The notes below the pieces were generated by a model, which was given only the letters and a program-made list of their open reading frames with translations, was not told the origin of the DNA and made no database searches. A DNA stretch of 64,000 nucleotides from an uncultured Enterobacteriaceae bacterium (GTDB lineage Bacteria > Verrucomicrobiota > Verrucomicrobiia > Verrucomicrobiales > V1-33): assembly GCA_964596095.1 (NCBI GenBank), contig CAZQUC010000001.1, forward strand, positions 833 through 64,832. The letters are read 5' to 3'. The position numbers and the translations under genes are program-made. Shown piece after piece: positions 35,701 through 44,012 of the stretch. Each line of letters begins with the position of its first letter. Within the stretch, counting starts at the first letter, position 1.

Positions 35701-35824
35701 GCGTCTGGAGCGGAAACAAGCCCACTTCGATGCCGGAATCATTCCCAAAGCCGAGATCGACGCCGCCCAAAGCGAACTCAGAAACGCCGAGGCCGAGATG
35801 GAGCAAGCATCCGGTCAAAACTGA
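32726..35824 (+). CDS. Ser/Thr protein kinase with CxxC..CxxC tail, three TM helices, duplicated extracytoplasmic domain and C-terminal coiled coil (type B, copy 2)
   Basis: 1032 aa. [22 protein letters not shown]. Kinase motifs [45 protein letters not shown] segments at about aa 352-445. Two units of about 165 aa (aa 577-737 and 745-912). The Glu/Lys/Ala coiled-coil tail is shared with the next gene. Confidence 0.9.
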   Translation: MSDEPPSQDQTSLCPKCRRRLDASLLMGLCPDCLLAAGFSAAPETGGARSFDPPAPEDLAPAFPELEIIELLGRGGMGAVYKARQRRLDRLVALKILPPGLGDDPSFASRFEREARALAKLQHPNIVTLYEFGESTGQFYFLMEYVEGVTLRQLLKKGGLPPREALAIVAQVCEALQFAHEHGIVHRDIKPENILIDRKGGVKIADFGVVKIVAGGEADTLAASVATPEFGQTEAGKVIGTPPYMAPEQKEHPGDVDHRADVYALGVVFYEMLTGELPGQPIEVPSGKIGIDVRLDEIVLRALEKEPARRYQEVREMRTNVETIASTPEAGRPSGKAVKGGDSRKLSRQWMGAVGGAMLVGTLIAVLMLALGHFTAALAIFASAISFAVVFAATRLLIAQEQATIDNGDPAEFNRVSGKRILAWSAAGLLIAALGVGMVVVVAGKQELLRLAGMAMEAAPRHPIRSAAPEPVESATAADVEDALRTAITARMRDAGYAPESVSVYVTPDLKKAECRLGKVSKGGLFSEPWNGSFELQPQGGNAWRVEGKGELRALKFSVNVPPAGLGDSLPERGNTEARIRFSAERQLSLVEVAERGQFQLLNLNTGEFEPLPTDFPQKSDEEQQQWVLESGADLMLSHFPNGDWGLFTIESKAVELVKVDDTLWRQEGIDTGEFARLLNSPPMASKSLKGFLGYVLSRDPELPMTFLYRTAAGTTGLLQITEFTKNPRAAELRLKIAEIPPGALKKSVWEIEKEFTLSAIGGDSPSRFLNLRTGEFIPPPADVGSWPDEDLKQWMTQNPEVLILTRKGDRGWELITYIKPNQGTRFLKIDEHHWEEKSIDQEELIRLMTTPESLPVAGAPQRETTSRGFVTRSVMVWPATFLFRSHAGITSLLRIEEITDLPGSAKIILRTPKRERKTEIVPGKETKLKAPSPELQRAVERLEQVRKLADANMISRMELLKEEEKEALLRAKEEGSPAPAIAAIKVRFARERLERKQAHFDAGIIPKAEIDAAQSELRNAEAEMEQASGQN
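34454..35461 (+). repeat. Tandem duplicated sensor domain inside the kinase (two units of about 165 aa)
   Basis: Unit 1: ...[20 protein letters not shown]...[13 protein letters not shown]...WGLFTIES...VKVDDTLW...[21 protein letters not shown]...ELRLKI. Unit 2: ...[19 protein letters not shown]...[14 protein letters not shown]...WELITYIK...LKIDEHHW...[21 protein letters not shown]...KIILRT. Confidence 0.75.
35471..35815 (+). repeat. Copy 1 of a roughly 350-bp direct repeat encoding a shared C-terminal coiled-coil module
   Basis: [12 protein letters not shown]...[71 protein letters not shown] matches 36329..36697. About 80-85% nucleotide identity by eye over the core. Confidence 0.8.
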
Positions 35825-35881
35825 CTTCACTCAATAGAACCCCGCACAAACCACGAACCTGCTCCACACCATCCATATCCA

Positions 35882-36733
35882 ATGAAAATGAACATCTTTT
35901 CAGTCGCCATCCTGGCCGCTTCCTTGTCGTCTTTGTTTGCAGGAGATCCTTCCATTTCCATTGTCGAAAAATCGTCCAGGGGAGAATCGAAAAGCATCGC
36001 GACCATCCGCGCCGATGATGACGTCGCGCGGGACGAAATCATCGCCTTGTGGCGGGAAGCGAAAAAAGCTTTCCCGGAAAACCGGCGCGACCTGTTTGGC
36101 CCCGACTCCGGTTTTGTGGCCATTGAACTGACAGACGGAAAGGAAACGATGGTGATTCGTTCATGGCATCCGCTTTTTGTGAAGAACCGGAAACTGGTGG
36201 TCACGTCGCATGGCGTGGAATCCTTGAATGGAAGAAAACCCGAAGACGTGCTGAAGGAGGATGAGGCATGGTATCGGGAGGCACGAACGATCTTCGATAA
36301 AATCGTCAGCTACACAAAGAACAAGGGAGAAAGAAAAGCCGAAACCGTTCCGGGGAAAGAGACCGCAAGAGACTTCATCGAGAGTTCACGGCGGATTCAA
36401 AGAGCACCTACTGAATTGGAAATAGCGGTAGCGGAATTGAAACGAGCCCGGAAACTGGTGGACACCAATGTGATCTCGCGCTTGGAATTGCTCCAGGCAG
36501 AAGAGAAAGAGGCACTGCTCCGGGCGAAAGAGGAAGGAAGCCCCACGCCCGCCATCGCCAGCGCCAGCGTCAAGGTGCGTTTTGCGCGAAAACGGCTGAA
36601 GATGAAACAGGCCCATTTCGATGCCGGGATCATCTCCCAAGCCGAACTCGACGCGGTCCAAGGCGAACTCAAAAGCGCCGAGGCCGAGCTTGGGAAAGCG
36701 CTGAATCACGTCGAACCCACGAAGTCTGAATGA
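35882..36733 (+). CDS. Secreted protein sharing the kinase C-terminal coiled-coil module
   Basis: 283 aa. Signal peptide MKMNIFSVAILAASLSSLFAG. C-terminal ERKAETVPGKET...[73 protein letters not shown]. Confidence 0.8.
   Translation: MKMNIFSVAILAASLSSLFAGDPSISIVEKSSRGESKSIATIRADDDVARDEIIALWREAKKAFPENRRDLFGPDSGFVAIELTDGKETMVIRSWHPLFVKNRKLVVTSHGVESLNGRKPEDVLKEDEAWYREARTIFDKIVSYTKNKGERKAETVPGKETARDFIESSRRIQRAPTELEIAVAELKRARKLVDTNVISRLELLQAEEKEALLRAKEEGSPTPAIASASVKVRFARKRLKMKQAHFDAGIISQAELDAVQGELKSAEAELGKALNHVEPTKSE
36329..36697 (+). repeat. Copy 2 of the shared coiled-coil module repeat
   Basis: See 35471..35815. Confidence 0.8.
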
Positions 36734-36807
36734 AGAACCCGGCCGCCTCGAATGCGCCCGATGCCATACGCCGGAACCGTGGGCCTCGGAAAGTTCCGGC
36801 CGCCACA

Positions 36808-37311
36808 CTACAGAGTGCCGGGCGGGACATTGGACCTGTCGGGCTGATTTTCGGGAAACGTCTCCGTGCGGGCCATGTAGTGCGGATGTTTCGGCAGGTC
36901 CGGATTCATCGGGTTCCATTCCTGCGCATCACAGACGAAGATTTCCATGCACGGCCTGAACAACGCGGGGGCATCCAGGCTGCCGGCGAGCAGGCCGATG
37001 AGATTCCGCTTCCGGTCTTCGCCGACGGTCAGGCGGGAACCGCACCGCGAGCAAAACCCCCGCACGTTTTCCTTGCCATTGAGCCTGGTGGTGCAGTGAT
37101 GCCGCAAGGTTCCCCGCGTCAGGCGGAATGACGACAAGGGAACCACCACGATCGGCGCGTAAGGGCCGCCGCCGACCTGTTGGCAGTCACGACAATGGCA
37201 GTTGAGCATGAGGGCCGGAGGCGAGCCGCACTCGTAACGGACGGAGCCGCAAACACAGCCGCCGGTGAAAGGAACGGCGGCGGGACTGGAATCATGGATG
37301 GGGTCTTGCAT
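36808..37311 (-). CDS. GFA (glutathione-dependent formaldehyde-activating / CENP-V) family protein
   Basis: 167 aa. GGCVCGSVRYE...CHCRDCQ...FCSRCGS are the zinc-binding Cys motifs characteristic of the GFA domain. Confidence 0.75.
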   Translation of the reverse strand: MQDPIHDSSPAAVPFTGGCVCGSVRYECGSPPALMLNCHCRDCQQVGGGPYAPIVVVPLSSFRLTRGTLRHHCTTRLNGKENVRGFCSRCGSRLTVGEDRKRNLIGLLAGSLDAPALFRPCMEIFVCDAQEWNPMNPDLPKHPHYMARTETFPENQPDRSNVPPGTL

Positions 37312-37341
37312 GTCGGTCAGCGTTGATTCCGGGAAAACGGC

Positions 37342-37818
37342 TCACTCCTCGCCGGAATAAAACGGCTTCTCTTCGCCGCCGAGAAGTTTGCGCGCCGGTT
37401 TGATGAACCATTGGCCGGTGTCGGGATAGCCGACGGTGTCGCCGGGCGGGTTGTCGGCCACAATCAGCAACACAAGGTCTTCCCCGCCGGGGTTGCGGAT
37501 TTGATGCGCGTCTCCCGGCTTTAGCACGAACGCGTCGCCGGCGCGGATTTCCGTTTCTCCGTCCGGGGAGCGCACCGCGCCGCGTCCTGCTCGCACGAGG
37601 AAAAACTCCCACTGCGCGCTGTGGAAATGAAACGGCCAGTTGGTCTTGCCGGGCGGAATGACCGCTTCGCACACATCAAACGGATGTCCGCCGCCGGACG
37701 GACCAACGTCTTTGATGCCGCCAAGCGCGAGCGAGATGTTTTTTTGCCGGACCCGGAATTTCCCTTTCGGCGAGAGGCGCTCTTCCACGGGCAGGTCGTT
37801 GAGATTGATTTTGATCAT
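37342..37818 (-). CDS. Cupin domain protein
   Basis: 158 aa. WPFHFHSAQWEFFLVRAGRGAV...GDAFVLKPGDAHQIRN fits the two cupin motifs G(X)5HxH... / G(X)5PxG(X)2H. Confidence 0.65.
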   Translation of the reverse strand: MIKINLNDLPVEERLSPKGKFRVRQKNISLALGGIKDVGPSGGGHPFDVCEAVIPPGKTNWPFHFHSAQWEFFLVRAGRGAVRSPDGETEIRAGDAFVLKPGDAHQIRNPGGEDLVLLIVADNPPGDTVGYPDTGQWFIKPARKLLGGEEKPFYSGEE

Positions 37819-37851
37819 GGCTGGATTTGAAAATGTGGGAGGTATTGTGTA

Positions 37852-39303
37852 TCAAGAGGCGACGAGCTTGGTGGCGATGCGTCCCAGCGTCTTCACGGCG
37901 CGCTCCAGGCGCGTGTCCCATGGATACCCGCAGTTGAGGCGCACGCAGTCGCGGAAGGTTCCTTCGACGGAAAACAGCGGGCCGGGAGCGAGACTGATGC
38001 CCGCCGCGCGCGCCTGGTGGAAGAACTCCGTGGCGTCCGCTCCGCGCGGCAACTGGCACCACAGCATGTAGCCGCCTTGCGGGCGCGACAGCGCGGTGCC
38101 CTCGGGGAAATGCGTGGCCAGCGCCTCCCGCATCCGTTCGGTCTGCAGGCGGTAGGACTGGCGGATGGAGCGCAGGTAGCGGTCATAGCCGCCAGTCTTC
38201 AAGAATTCCGCCACCGCGAGCGAGGGCAGCAGCGCGCCGGTCAAGGTGCTGGTCTGCTTCAACGCGCGGACGCGGCTTTGCCAGGTGCCCGCGGCCAGAT
38301 AACCCACCCGATAGCCGGGCGCGAGTTTTTTGGAGAACGAGCCGCAGAGAAGGACCGTGCTGCCATCGTCGAACGCCCGCAGACACCGCGGCCGCGCGCC
38401 ATGGTGAGGAAGATCGCCATAGGTGTCGTCCTCGATCAACGCGAGGCCACGGCGCGAACAGATCTCCACGAGCCGTTTCTTGTGTGCGTCGGAGGTCGCG
38501 CTGCCGGTGGGGTTGTGGAAGTTCGGCACCGTCACACACGCCTTCACGCGGCGCCGGCGCAGGGTGCGTTCGAGGATGTCCAGATCCCATCCCTGCGATG
38601 GATGCACGGGCACGGGCAGGGCCTTCAAGCGGTGCTCCCTCAGCGTCATCGCCAAGCCGAAATACGTCGGCGCTTCGATGGCCACCGTGTCGCCCGGCTC
38701 GCACACCGCGCGCAGCGCCAGGGACATCGCTTCGGTCGCTCCGACGGTGATCAGGAAATCGTCCGCGGGCAACGCGCAACCCCAGTCCAGAGAGCGTCGC
38801 GACAGTTCCCGGCGCAGACTGACGGGGCCGGGTGCCACGTCGTATTGGATGCTCTCCGCGCCCAGACGCCGCCCGATGACGGCCATGATGCGGGTGAGCT
38901 TCGCGCCGGGCAGCAACTGCGGTGACGGGATCGCCGCCCCCAGCGGCACCAGCCGCGTGTCCGCGTAATCCGCCAGCAGCGCCTCGACGGGATCGGGACC
39001 GTCCATCATCGTCACCCGCGGCGCGCCGCCCGCCGGCGCGGGCTCCGGAATCGTCTCCGCCAGCCTGGCCCTCACGTAGTAACCGGACCTGGGCCGCGCT
39101 TCGAGCAGCCCCCGGGCTTCAAGCAAGGTGTATGCCTCCAGCGCGGTCGGCACGCTCACACCCTGCTGGGAGCTGAACTGCCGGACCGATGGCATGCGGT
39201 CGCCCGTCCGCAGGGAGCGGCTGCCGATCAATCCCTCAAGGATGCCGGCGAGACGCCGATAGACCGGCTCGTGGGGGCTGGCCGTGGCATGGACTTGACT
39301 CAT
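37852..39303 (-). CDS. MocR/PdxR-type GntR-family regulator with fused PLP-dependent aminotransferase-like domain
   Basis: 483 aa. N-terminal wHTH (MPSVRQFSSQQGVSVPTALEAYTLLEARGLLEARPRSGYYV). Fold-type I aminotransferase half with NPTG and the PLP-Lys context GSFSKKLAPGYRVGY. Confidence 0.85.
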   Translation of the reverse strand: MSQVHATASPHEPVYRRLAGILEGLIGSRSLRTGDRMPSVRQFSSQQGVSVPTALEAYTLLEARGLLEARPRSGYYVRARLAETIPEPAPAGGAPRVTMMDGPDPVEALLADYADTRLVPLGAAIPSPQLLPGAKLTRIMAVIGRRLGAESIQYDVAPGPVSLRRELSRRSLDWGCALPADDFLITVGATEAMSLALRAVCEPGDTVAIEAPTYFGLAMTLREHRLKALPVPVHPSQGWDLDILERTLRRRRVKACVTVPNFHNPTGSATSDAHKKRLVEICSRRGLALIEDDTYGDLPHHGARPRCLRAFDDGSTVLLCGSFSKKLAPGYRVGYLAAGTWQSRVRALKQTSTLTGALLPSLAVAEFLKTGGYDRYLRSIRQSYRLQTERMREALATHFPEGTALSRPQGGYMLWCQLPRGADATEFFHQARAAGISLAPGPLFSVEGTFRDCVRLNCGYPWDTRLERAVKTLGRIATKLVAS

Positions 39304-39390
39304 GCCGCCACTCTAGGCCGCGTTTCGTCGCCTTGCACAGATTCAGCCAGGCATATTTTCGCCTTTAACAGAGAAGCGGACGTCCCCAAC

Positions 39391-39400
39391 TGTATAAGAT
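39391..39400 (+). promoter_or_regulatory. -10-like box TGTATAAGAT in the MocR / DUF2917-panE divergent region
   Basis: The only strong A/T box in 39304..39456. Lies 56 nt upstream of ATG 39457. Confidence 0.3.
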
Positions 39401-39456
39401 GAAAATATCGTTTCGTGCCTCTGTTTTCCGCCTCGCGCACCGATGAAGCTCGGGAC

Positions 39457-39819
39457 ATGAACGAACCATCATTCGAGGGGTTTCAAAACAGGCGCTTGTC
39501 GTTGGAGGCAAACGTCCTGTTTCGTCTGGAGCGCGCCTCCCGCGTTCGTGAAATGCATGTGTTGCGGGGGGCGGTCTGGCTGACCGGCACACCCGCGGAG
39601 GATGATGTGATCCTTCTCCCCAGTGACCGGTTTCAAACCGAAGCGCGCTTTCCTTTCCTTATCCAGGCGCTGGAACCGGCGGAGGTTTTGTTGATTCCCC
39701 TTACCGCGAAGGCGAGCCGGTCGCAATCCGCGCAACGCTCCAGCTTCATTCTGAAGCACACGCTTTTCTGCCTGGAAAGAATCAGAATCCAGCCACGCAC
39801 ACATTCCACTCATGAGTGA
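39457..39819 (+). CDS. DUF2917-like small protein
   Basis: Start at ATG 39457 (MNEPSFEGF...). HVLRGAVWLTGTPAEDDVILLPSDRF resembles the DUF2917 core. Divergent from the MocR gene and overlaps the next start by 8 nt. Confidence 0.45.
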   Translation: MNEPSFEGFQNRRLSLEANVLFRLERASRVREMHVLRGAVWLTGTPAEDDVILLPSDRFQTEARFPFLIQALEPAEVLLIPLTAKASRSQSAQRSSFILKHTLFCLERIRIQPRTHSTHE

Positions 39820-40759
39820 CTCCGGCATCTGGATCTGCGGCGGCGGCGCAGTCGGGATGGCGCTGGCCGCCCATCTCGCCCGGCGCGGGGATGGTGAAAG
39901 CGTCACCCTCATTCGTTGTTCCCACCCGGCATTGCCACCGCGCGAGCGGCTCGTCACCGTGCATGACGGACGGGGCGGAGGATGGTCCGCTCCCGTTCGC
40001 ACGACATCCTTGCAGGCCGTGAACAAGCCCGCCGGGCTTCTGGTCATCACGGCCAAGAACCACGCCAATTCTTTCCTGGCGCGGGCGTTGCGCGAGAAAC
40101 AGGCAAGAGGAGCCGTGGTTCTGCTGCAAAATGGATTGGGGGTGGAAAAGTCCTTCGTGGAGGCCGGGTTCCCCGAAATTTATCGAGGGGTTCTATATGT
40201 GACGGCCCAGCGTGAAATCGGCGGAAGACACATTTTCCGATCCATCGCCTCGTCTCCGGTGGGAATCATTCGCGGCCGGGAGAGCGCGCTCGCCGCCTGT
40301 GTGACCGCGCTGGATTCCCCAGGATTTCCGTTTCACGCGGAAGAGAATATCGAGCGTGAAGCCTGGGCCAAAAGCATCATCAACGCCGTGTTCAACTCCC
40401 TCTGTCCTCTGCTGGACACCGACAATGGCGTGTTCGCGCGCGAAATGGTGGCCCGAAGCCTGGCGGCGGAAATCGTCGCTGAGTGCGTCTCGCTGGCGGA
40501 ACACAGGGGCATCCCGCTGCAGGAGAGCAACATCATGGAGCGCCTCCTGCAAATCAGCCGTGGTGGCGAAGGCATGCTGATATCGACCTTACAGGACATC
40601 CGCAGCGGCAGGGAGACGGAAATCGAATCCCTCAATCTCGCCTTCGCCCGCATCGCCGCCGCCGATCACATCGAGACCATGGTGGCAACGACCACAATCC
40701 TGGGGCGTCTGGTGCTGGCCAAATCGCTGATGAGTCCCAGGGAAACGCCACACGGATGA
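39812..40759 (+). CDS. panE: 2-dehydropantoate 2-reductase (ketopantoate reductase, ApbA/PanE family)
   Basis: 315 aa. IWICGGGAVGMALAAHLARRG (GxGxxG), LLQNGLG, and STLQDIRSGRETEIESLN, the conserved KPR C-terminal motif. Confidence 0.7.
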   Translation: MSDSGIWICGGGAVGMALAAHLARRGDGESVTLIRCSHPALPPRERLVTVHDGRGGGWSAPVRTTSLQAVNKPAGLLVITAKNHANSFLARALREKQARGAVVLLQNGLGVEKSFVEAGFPEIYRGVLYVTAQREIGGRHIFRSIASSPVGIIRGRESALAACVTALDSPGFPFHAEENIEREAWAKSIINAVFNSLCPLLDTDNGVFAREMVARSLAAEIVAECVSLAEHRGIPLQESNIMERLLQISRGGEGMLISTLQDIRSGRETEIESLNLAFARIAAADHIETMVATTTILGRLVLAKSLMSPRETPHG

Positions 40760-40775
40760 TCCGATGAAGTGGAAT

Positions 40776-41100
40776 GAGCCGCTCTCCATCGGGTGGAACA
40801 TCGTGTCCGGCGCGGGACAGGGCGGTCCGAAGCTGAATGGCGCCGGAGAGCCGGTTGCCGCCCCTGCGAGGACAGGGTTTCAGCGGTGTGCCGGTCCAGC
40901 GTGGCGGTGTGCTTCAGGGTCAGGCTTTTCCTCCTTCCGTCTCGACCGTGATGGCCCCGGAGCGCGGCGGGGTGAATGCCACCACGGACTCCAGCCGGTC
41001 CGGCTTGGAGCGGAAGATCGCTTCGTAGATGGCGTCGGTGTTGTGGTCGAAGACCACCTGGAATTACACCGCATCGTCCACCCAGGCCTGGCCGGCATTG
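40776..41100 (-). pseudogene. Truncated, frameshifted remnant of a paralogue of the 44013..45428 gene (3' third only)
   Basis: About 325 bp align to 44016..44340 at roughly 80% identity by eye (for example ggcggtccgaagctgaa and gtagatggcgtcggtgttgt.gtcgaag.ccacctggaa). The remnant carries an in-frame TAA (41064..41066) where the intact gene has TAT, plus a +1 insertion in ...caggggcggcaaccgg.... Homology ends abruptly at about 41100. Confidence 0.8.
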
Positions 41101-41304
41101 TTCGCCAGCCGGGCCGTTCGGCCCCTGAATGTTCTCGCACAGGCGCATTCCTGCTCCCGCAGGGGGATCGGGAAAAGGCGGTTGTCCCCGCGACAAGCCC
41201 TCTTATTTTATAAAAATTCCGCATCAGTCCATCCAGCCCGTCGCTGCCCCTTTTCCATCCTTTATCCCTCGTATTTCGCCGCCCTTTCCCACCCACCCCT
41301 CGCC

Positions 41305-42648
41305 ATGACCCGATCTACTTGGCTCACCCCGCTTTTCGGAATCCTGTGCTGCGCCACCCGGCTGGCGGCGCAACAGACCATCGGTCTTGACCTCGTTCCC
41401 ACCGAAAGCCCCTACGTCCAGGAGGGCTTCGATCTGCGGTGGAATGCGGCTCCCCCCGGCCTGTCGGACGAGCCGCAGTTCTCCTCCGACCTCTCCCGAT
41501 GGAAGGTGCTGCGCCGCGAGTTCCCCACCACGGCTCCACTGCACAGCGGCATCACCATGCCACTTGAGGAAGGCGAATATTTCTTCCGGGTCATCCGCCA
41601 TGAACCGAACGACGGCACCCCGCCCGCAGGGGTCACCGGCATCAATCTGTCCGCCTCGTCATCTGGCTCGCCAACCATCCTCGCCTGGATTGATTCGATC
41701 GATCCCGATGTCGTGTCCTACGAGATCATCCCGGAAGATGGAGACGGCAGTTTCTTCACGGTCCCGCCGGGAATCGAAACCTTCACCTTCCCGGCTGGCG
41801 CCACCTCGGCCGGCGCGACCATCCGGGCCGTGGATGCCGGAGGGAACCGGTCCGAGGGCCAATTCATCACCAACTCGGCGCCGCATCCCGAATTTCCGGG
41901 CTTCCGCCTGATCGCGTCCCCTTCGGAGGCCTTTATCGGACGCACCGGAGCCACCACCTTGTTCGCGCGGGTCGATCCCGTGCCCGTCCGCCCCCTGCGC
42001 TTCGTGTGGTCCACGGGCGCCCGCTACGGAACCCTGGACGGACTCGACCCGGCGTTCCCCCCGACCGTCGAAGAAACCACCTCCGGCGGAACCTCCCAGG
42101 TCGCTTACAGCGCCCACCTCCTGGCCAACCCCGGCGGCCGTGAGGACATCCACATCAGCGTCTTCGATGCCGCCGACCCTGCCAACATCAACGATCTGGC
42201 CGAGGGCGGGATCGTTGTCGAAGTCGCGCCACCCCTCCCGCAGGAGGCGGATTTCCGGACGTTCGAAGTCACGACCGACGGGACGAACCCCGGCCGGCTC
42301 ACCACGCTGTTCGGGCATGCCTGGGTTTTCAAGAAGATCCCTGGATTCACAACCTATGTCGGCACCTTGCTGGCCCAGCCGGGACAGGGCTGGAGCTTCG
42401 GGCCGGTGGGTGTCGAGAGGGTCTGGCGAACCACCTTGCAGGATGTTGACGAGTTCGTGCAGAATTACGGGGGAAACCACATCAACCTGCTCGAGGATGA
42501 ACTCGCCCAGGTCTCCTACGGCAGCGGCGTCACGAACTACAACCCGGACGAATCCAGGTGGCAGGACGCCCTCACGCAACAACGCGAAGCTCAGGCCCGT
42601 GCCGGTCAGGCCGACTATTCGGTCATGCCGCAGATCAAAACCCGCTGA
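41305..42648 (+). CDS. Secreted hypothetical protein with Ig-like regions
   Basis: Start at ATG 41305 (MTRSTWLTPLFGILCCATRLAAQQ, signal peptide). An N-terminal segment SSDLSRWKVL...EGEYFFRVIRHE resembles the C-terminal domain found on the neighbouring proteins. The rest has no recognisable motif. Confidence 0.7.
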   Translation: MTRSTWLTPLFGILCCATRLAAQQTIGLDLVPTESPYVQEGFDLRWNAAPPGLSDEPQFSSDLSRWKVLRREFPTTAPLHSGITMPLEEGEYFFRVIRHEPNDGTPPAGVTGINLSASSSGSPTILAWIDSIDPDVVSYEIIPEDGDGSFFTVPPGIETFTFPAGATSAGATIRAVDAGGNRSEGQFITNSAPHPEFPGFRLIASPSEAFIGRTGATTLFARVDPVPVRPLRFVWSTGARYGTLDGLDPAFPPTVEETTSGGTSQVAYSAHLLANPGGREDIHISVFDAADPANINDLAEGGIVVEVAPPLPQEADFRTFEVTTDGTNPGRLTTLFGHAWVFKKIPGFTTYVGTLLAQPGQGWSFGPVGVERVWRTTLQDVDEFVQNYGGNHINLLEDELAQVSYGSGVTNYNPDESRWQDALTQQREAQARAGQADYSVMPQIKTR

Positions 42649-42964
42649 GATCTCCCGGTCCTCTTAGGAACTCTCTGAGAGCCGGCACCAACCGGTGGCG
42701 GAGGCCCGCGCCATCTTCAAACGCCCTCACAACCGCTCCGTCATGGCGGCCCCCGCGTGCCGGTTTCCCTTGACGGCCGGACATGGCGGCTCGGCCGCGC
42801 GCGCGGGCCATCGCGCCCGATGGCAGGGAGACCATTTTGCTTTGGTTTATTCCTTTTGGGTCTCAAGCTTATGGGTTTTTTTTCCGGGAAAAGACGGAAT
42901 CTCCTTGGCGGAGAACACTGGGAGCATTTTCCCAGCCGCGCCACTCGATCCATCCCCTGCTCCG

Positions 42965-43806
42965 ATGACGCCGCTTCAGACTCCATTCAGCCTCCGGCCG
43001 CCGGCTTGGGCGCTCTGGCTCTTCTGCATCCCACTGGCGCCCGCCCACGCCAAGCGGTTCGGCGATTTCACCTACGACTTCGACGATGACAGCATCGGAA
43101 TCAATGCGTTTCGCGGCTGCACGGGGCTGACCAGTGTGACAATCCCCGACAGCGTCACCTCCATCGGAGGTCCGGCGTTCCAGAACTGCACGGGCCTGAC
43201 CATCTCCACCATCGGCAACAGTGTCACCTTCGTCGGAGCCGGGGCGTTCTATGATTGCACAGGTCTAACCAGCGCCACTTTCGAGGGCGATGCTCCGGCA
43301 ACTTTTGGCGACAGCGTTTTCACCAACGCCGCGGACGGGTTCACGATTTACTACTCCGAAGGCCGCACTGGCTTCACTTCGCCGGAGTGGCAGGACTATC
43401 CGGCCGTGATGCTGGGAGCGCCTTCGACGCCCACGCTGGAGGAGTGGCGCGAGCAGCACTTTGGCGAAGGCGCAACCAACACCGGCGACGCGGCAGACGA
43501 CGCCGACCCGGACGGCGACGGCCTGTGACCAATATCGAAGAATATGCCGCAAACACCGACCCTAAAAACGCGGGCAGCCGGTGGCGGTTGCACAGCGCCA
43601 CCAAGACCGGCGCCAGCTTCACGGTGAGCTTCGAGGCCGAGCCGGACCGCCGCTACGACTTGCAGCGCCTCGTTCCCGCCCCCGGTGCGACGTGGGCGGT
43701 CGTGGCCACGCTGGAGCCGTCGGCCAGCGCCAGCATGGCCTCGCTGACCGATCCCGCCGCCCCGCCGGACTCGGCGTTGTATCGGGTGCGAGCGGCGGTG
43801 CCATGA
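42965..43806 (+). pseudogene. BspA-type leucine-rich-repeat surface protein with conserved C-terminal domain, split by a frameshift at 43526
   Basis: MTPLQTPFSLRPPAWALWLFCIPLAPAHA, then LRR_5-like FRGCTGLTSVTIPDSVTSIGGPAFQNCTGLT...AFYDCTGLTSATFEGDAP. The frame ends ...DADPDGDGL-TGA. The TSP3 linker and tail continue two bases further on (TNIEEYAANTDPKNAGS...YDLQRLVP...ALYRVRAAVP), so an extra TG sits at 43526..43527. Confidence 0.75.
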
Positions 43807-44012
43807 GGCAGGCAAGATGCCCGGTCCTTCGCGTCGTGACGCTTTTGCGGGACGCCTTCTCCGGTGTGGCGAAAAGGGTCTCACGCCACGCCGCTACGCC
43901 CGCAACGAAAGAGAGGAACTGAAAAGCCCTGCGAGCCGTCGCGTGGGCACGAGATTCTTCGTGGCACGCACCGCCGCGGCGGGTCCATGCCCATCCATTC
44001 GTCGAAAGGAAA

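Noticed and set aside
36771-36799. CCGGAAC-N15-GTTCCGG hairpin between convergent genes, as a bidirectional terminator
   Set aside because: The stem is 7 bp with a 15-nt loop and has no flanking U-run on either strand. This is too weak to call.
42840-42890. T8 run (gggttttttttcc) after the 41305..42648 gene, as an intrinsic terminator
   Set aside because: I could not find a convincing GC-rich stem immediately upstream of the T-run.
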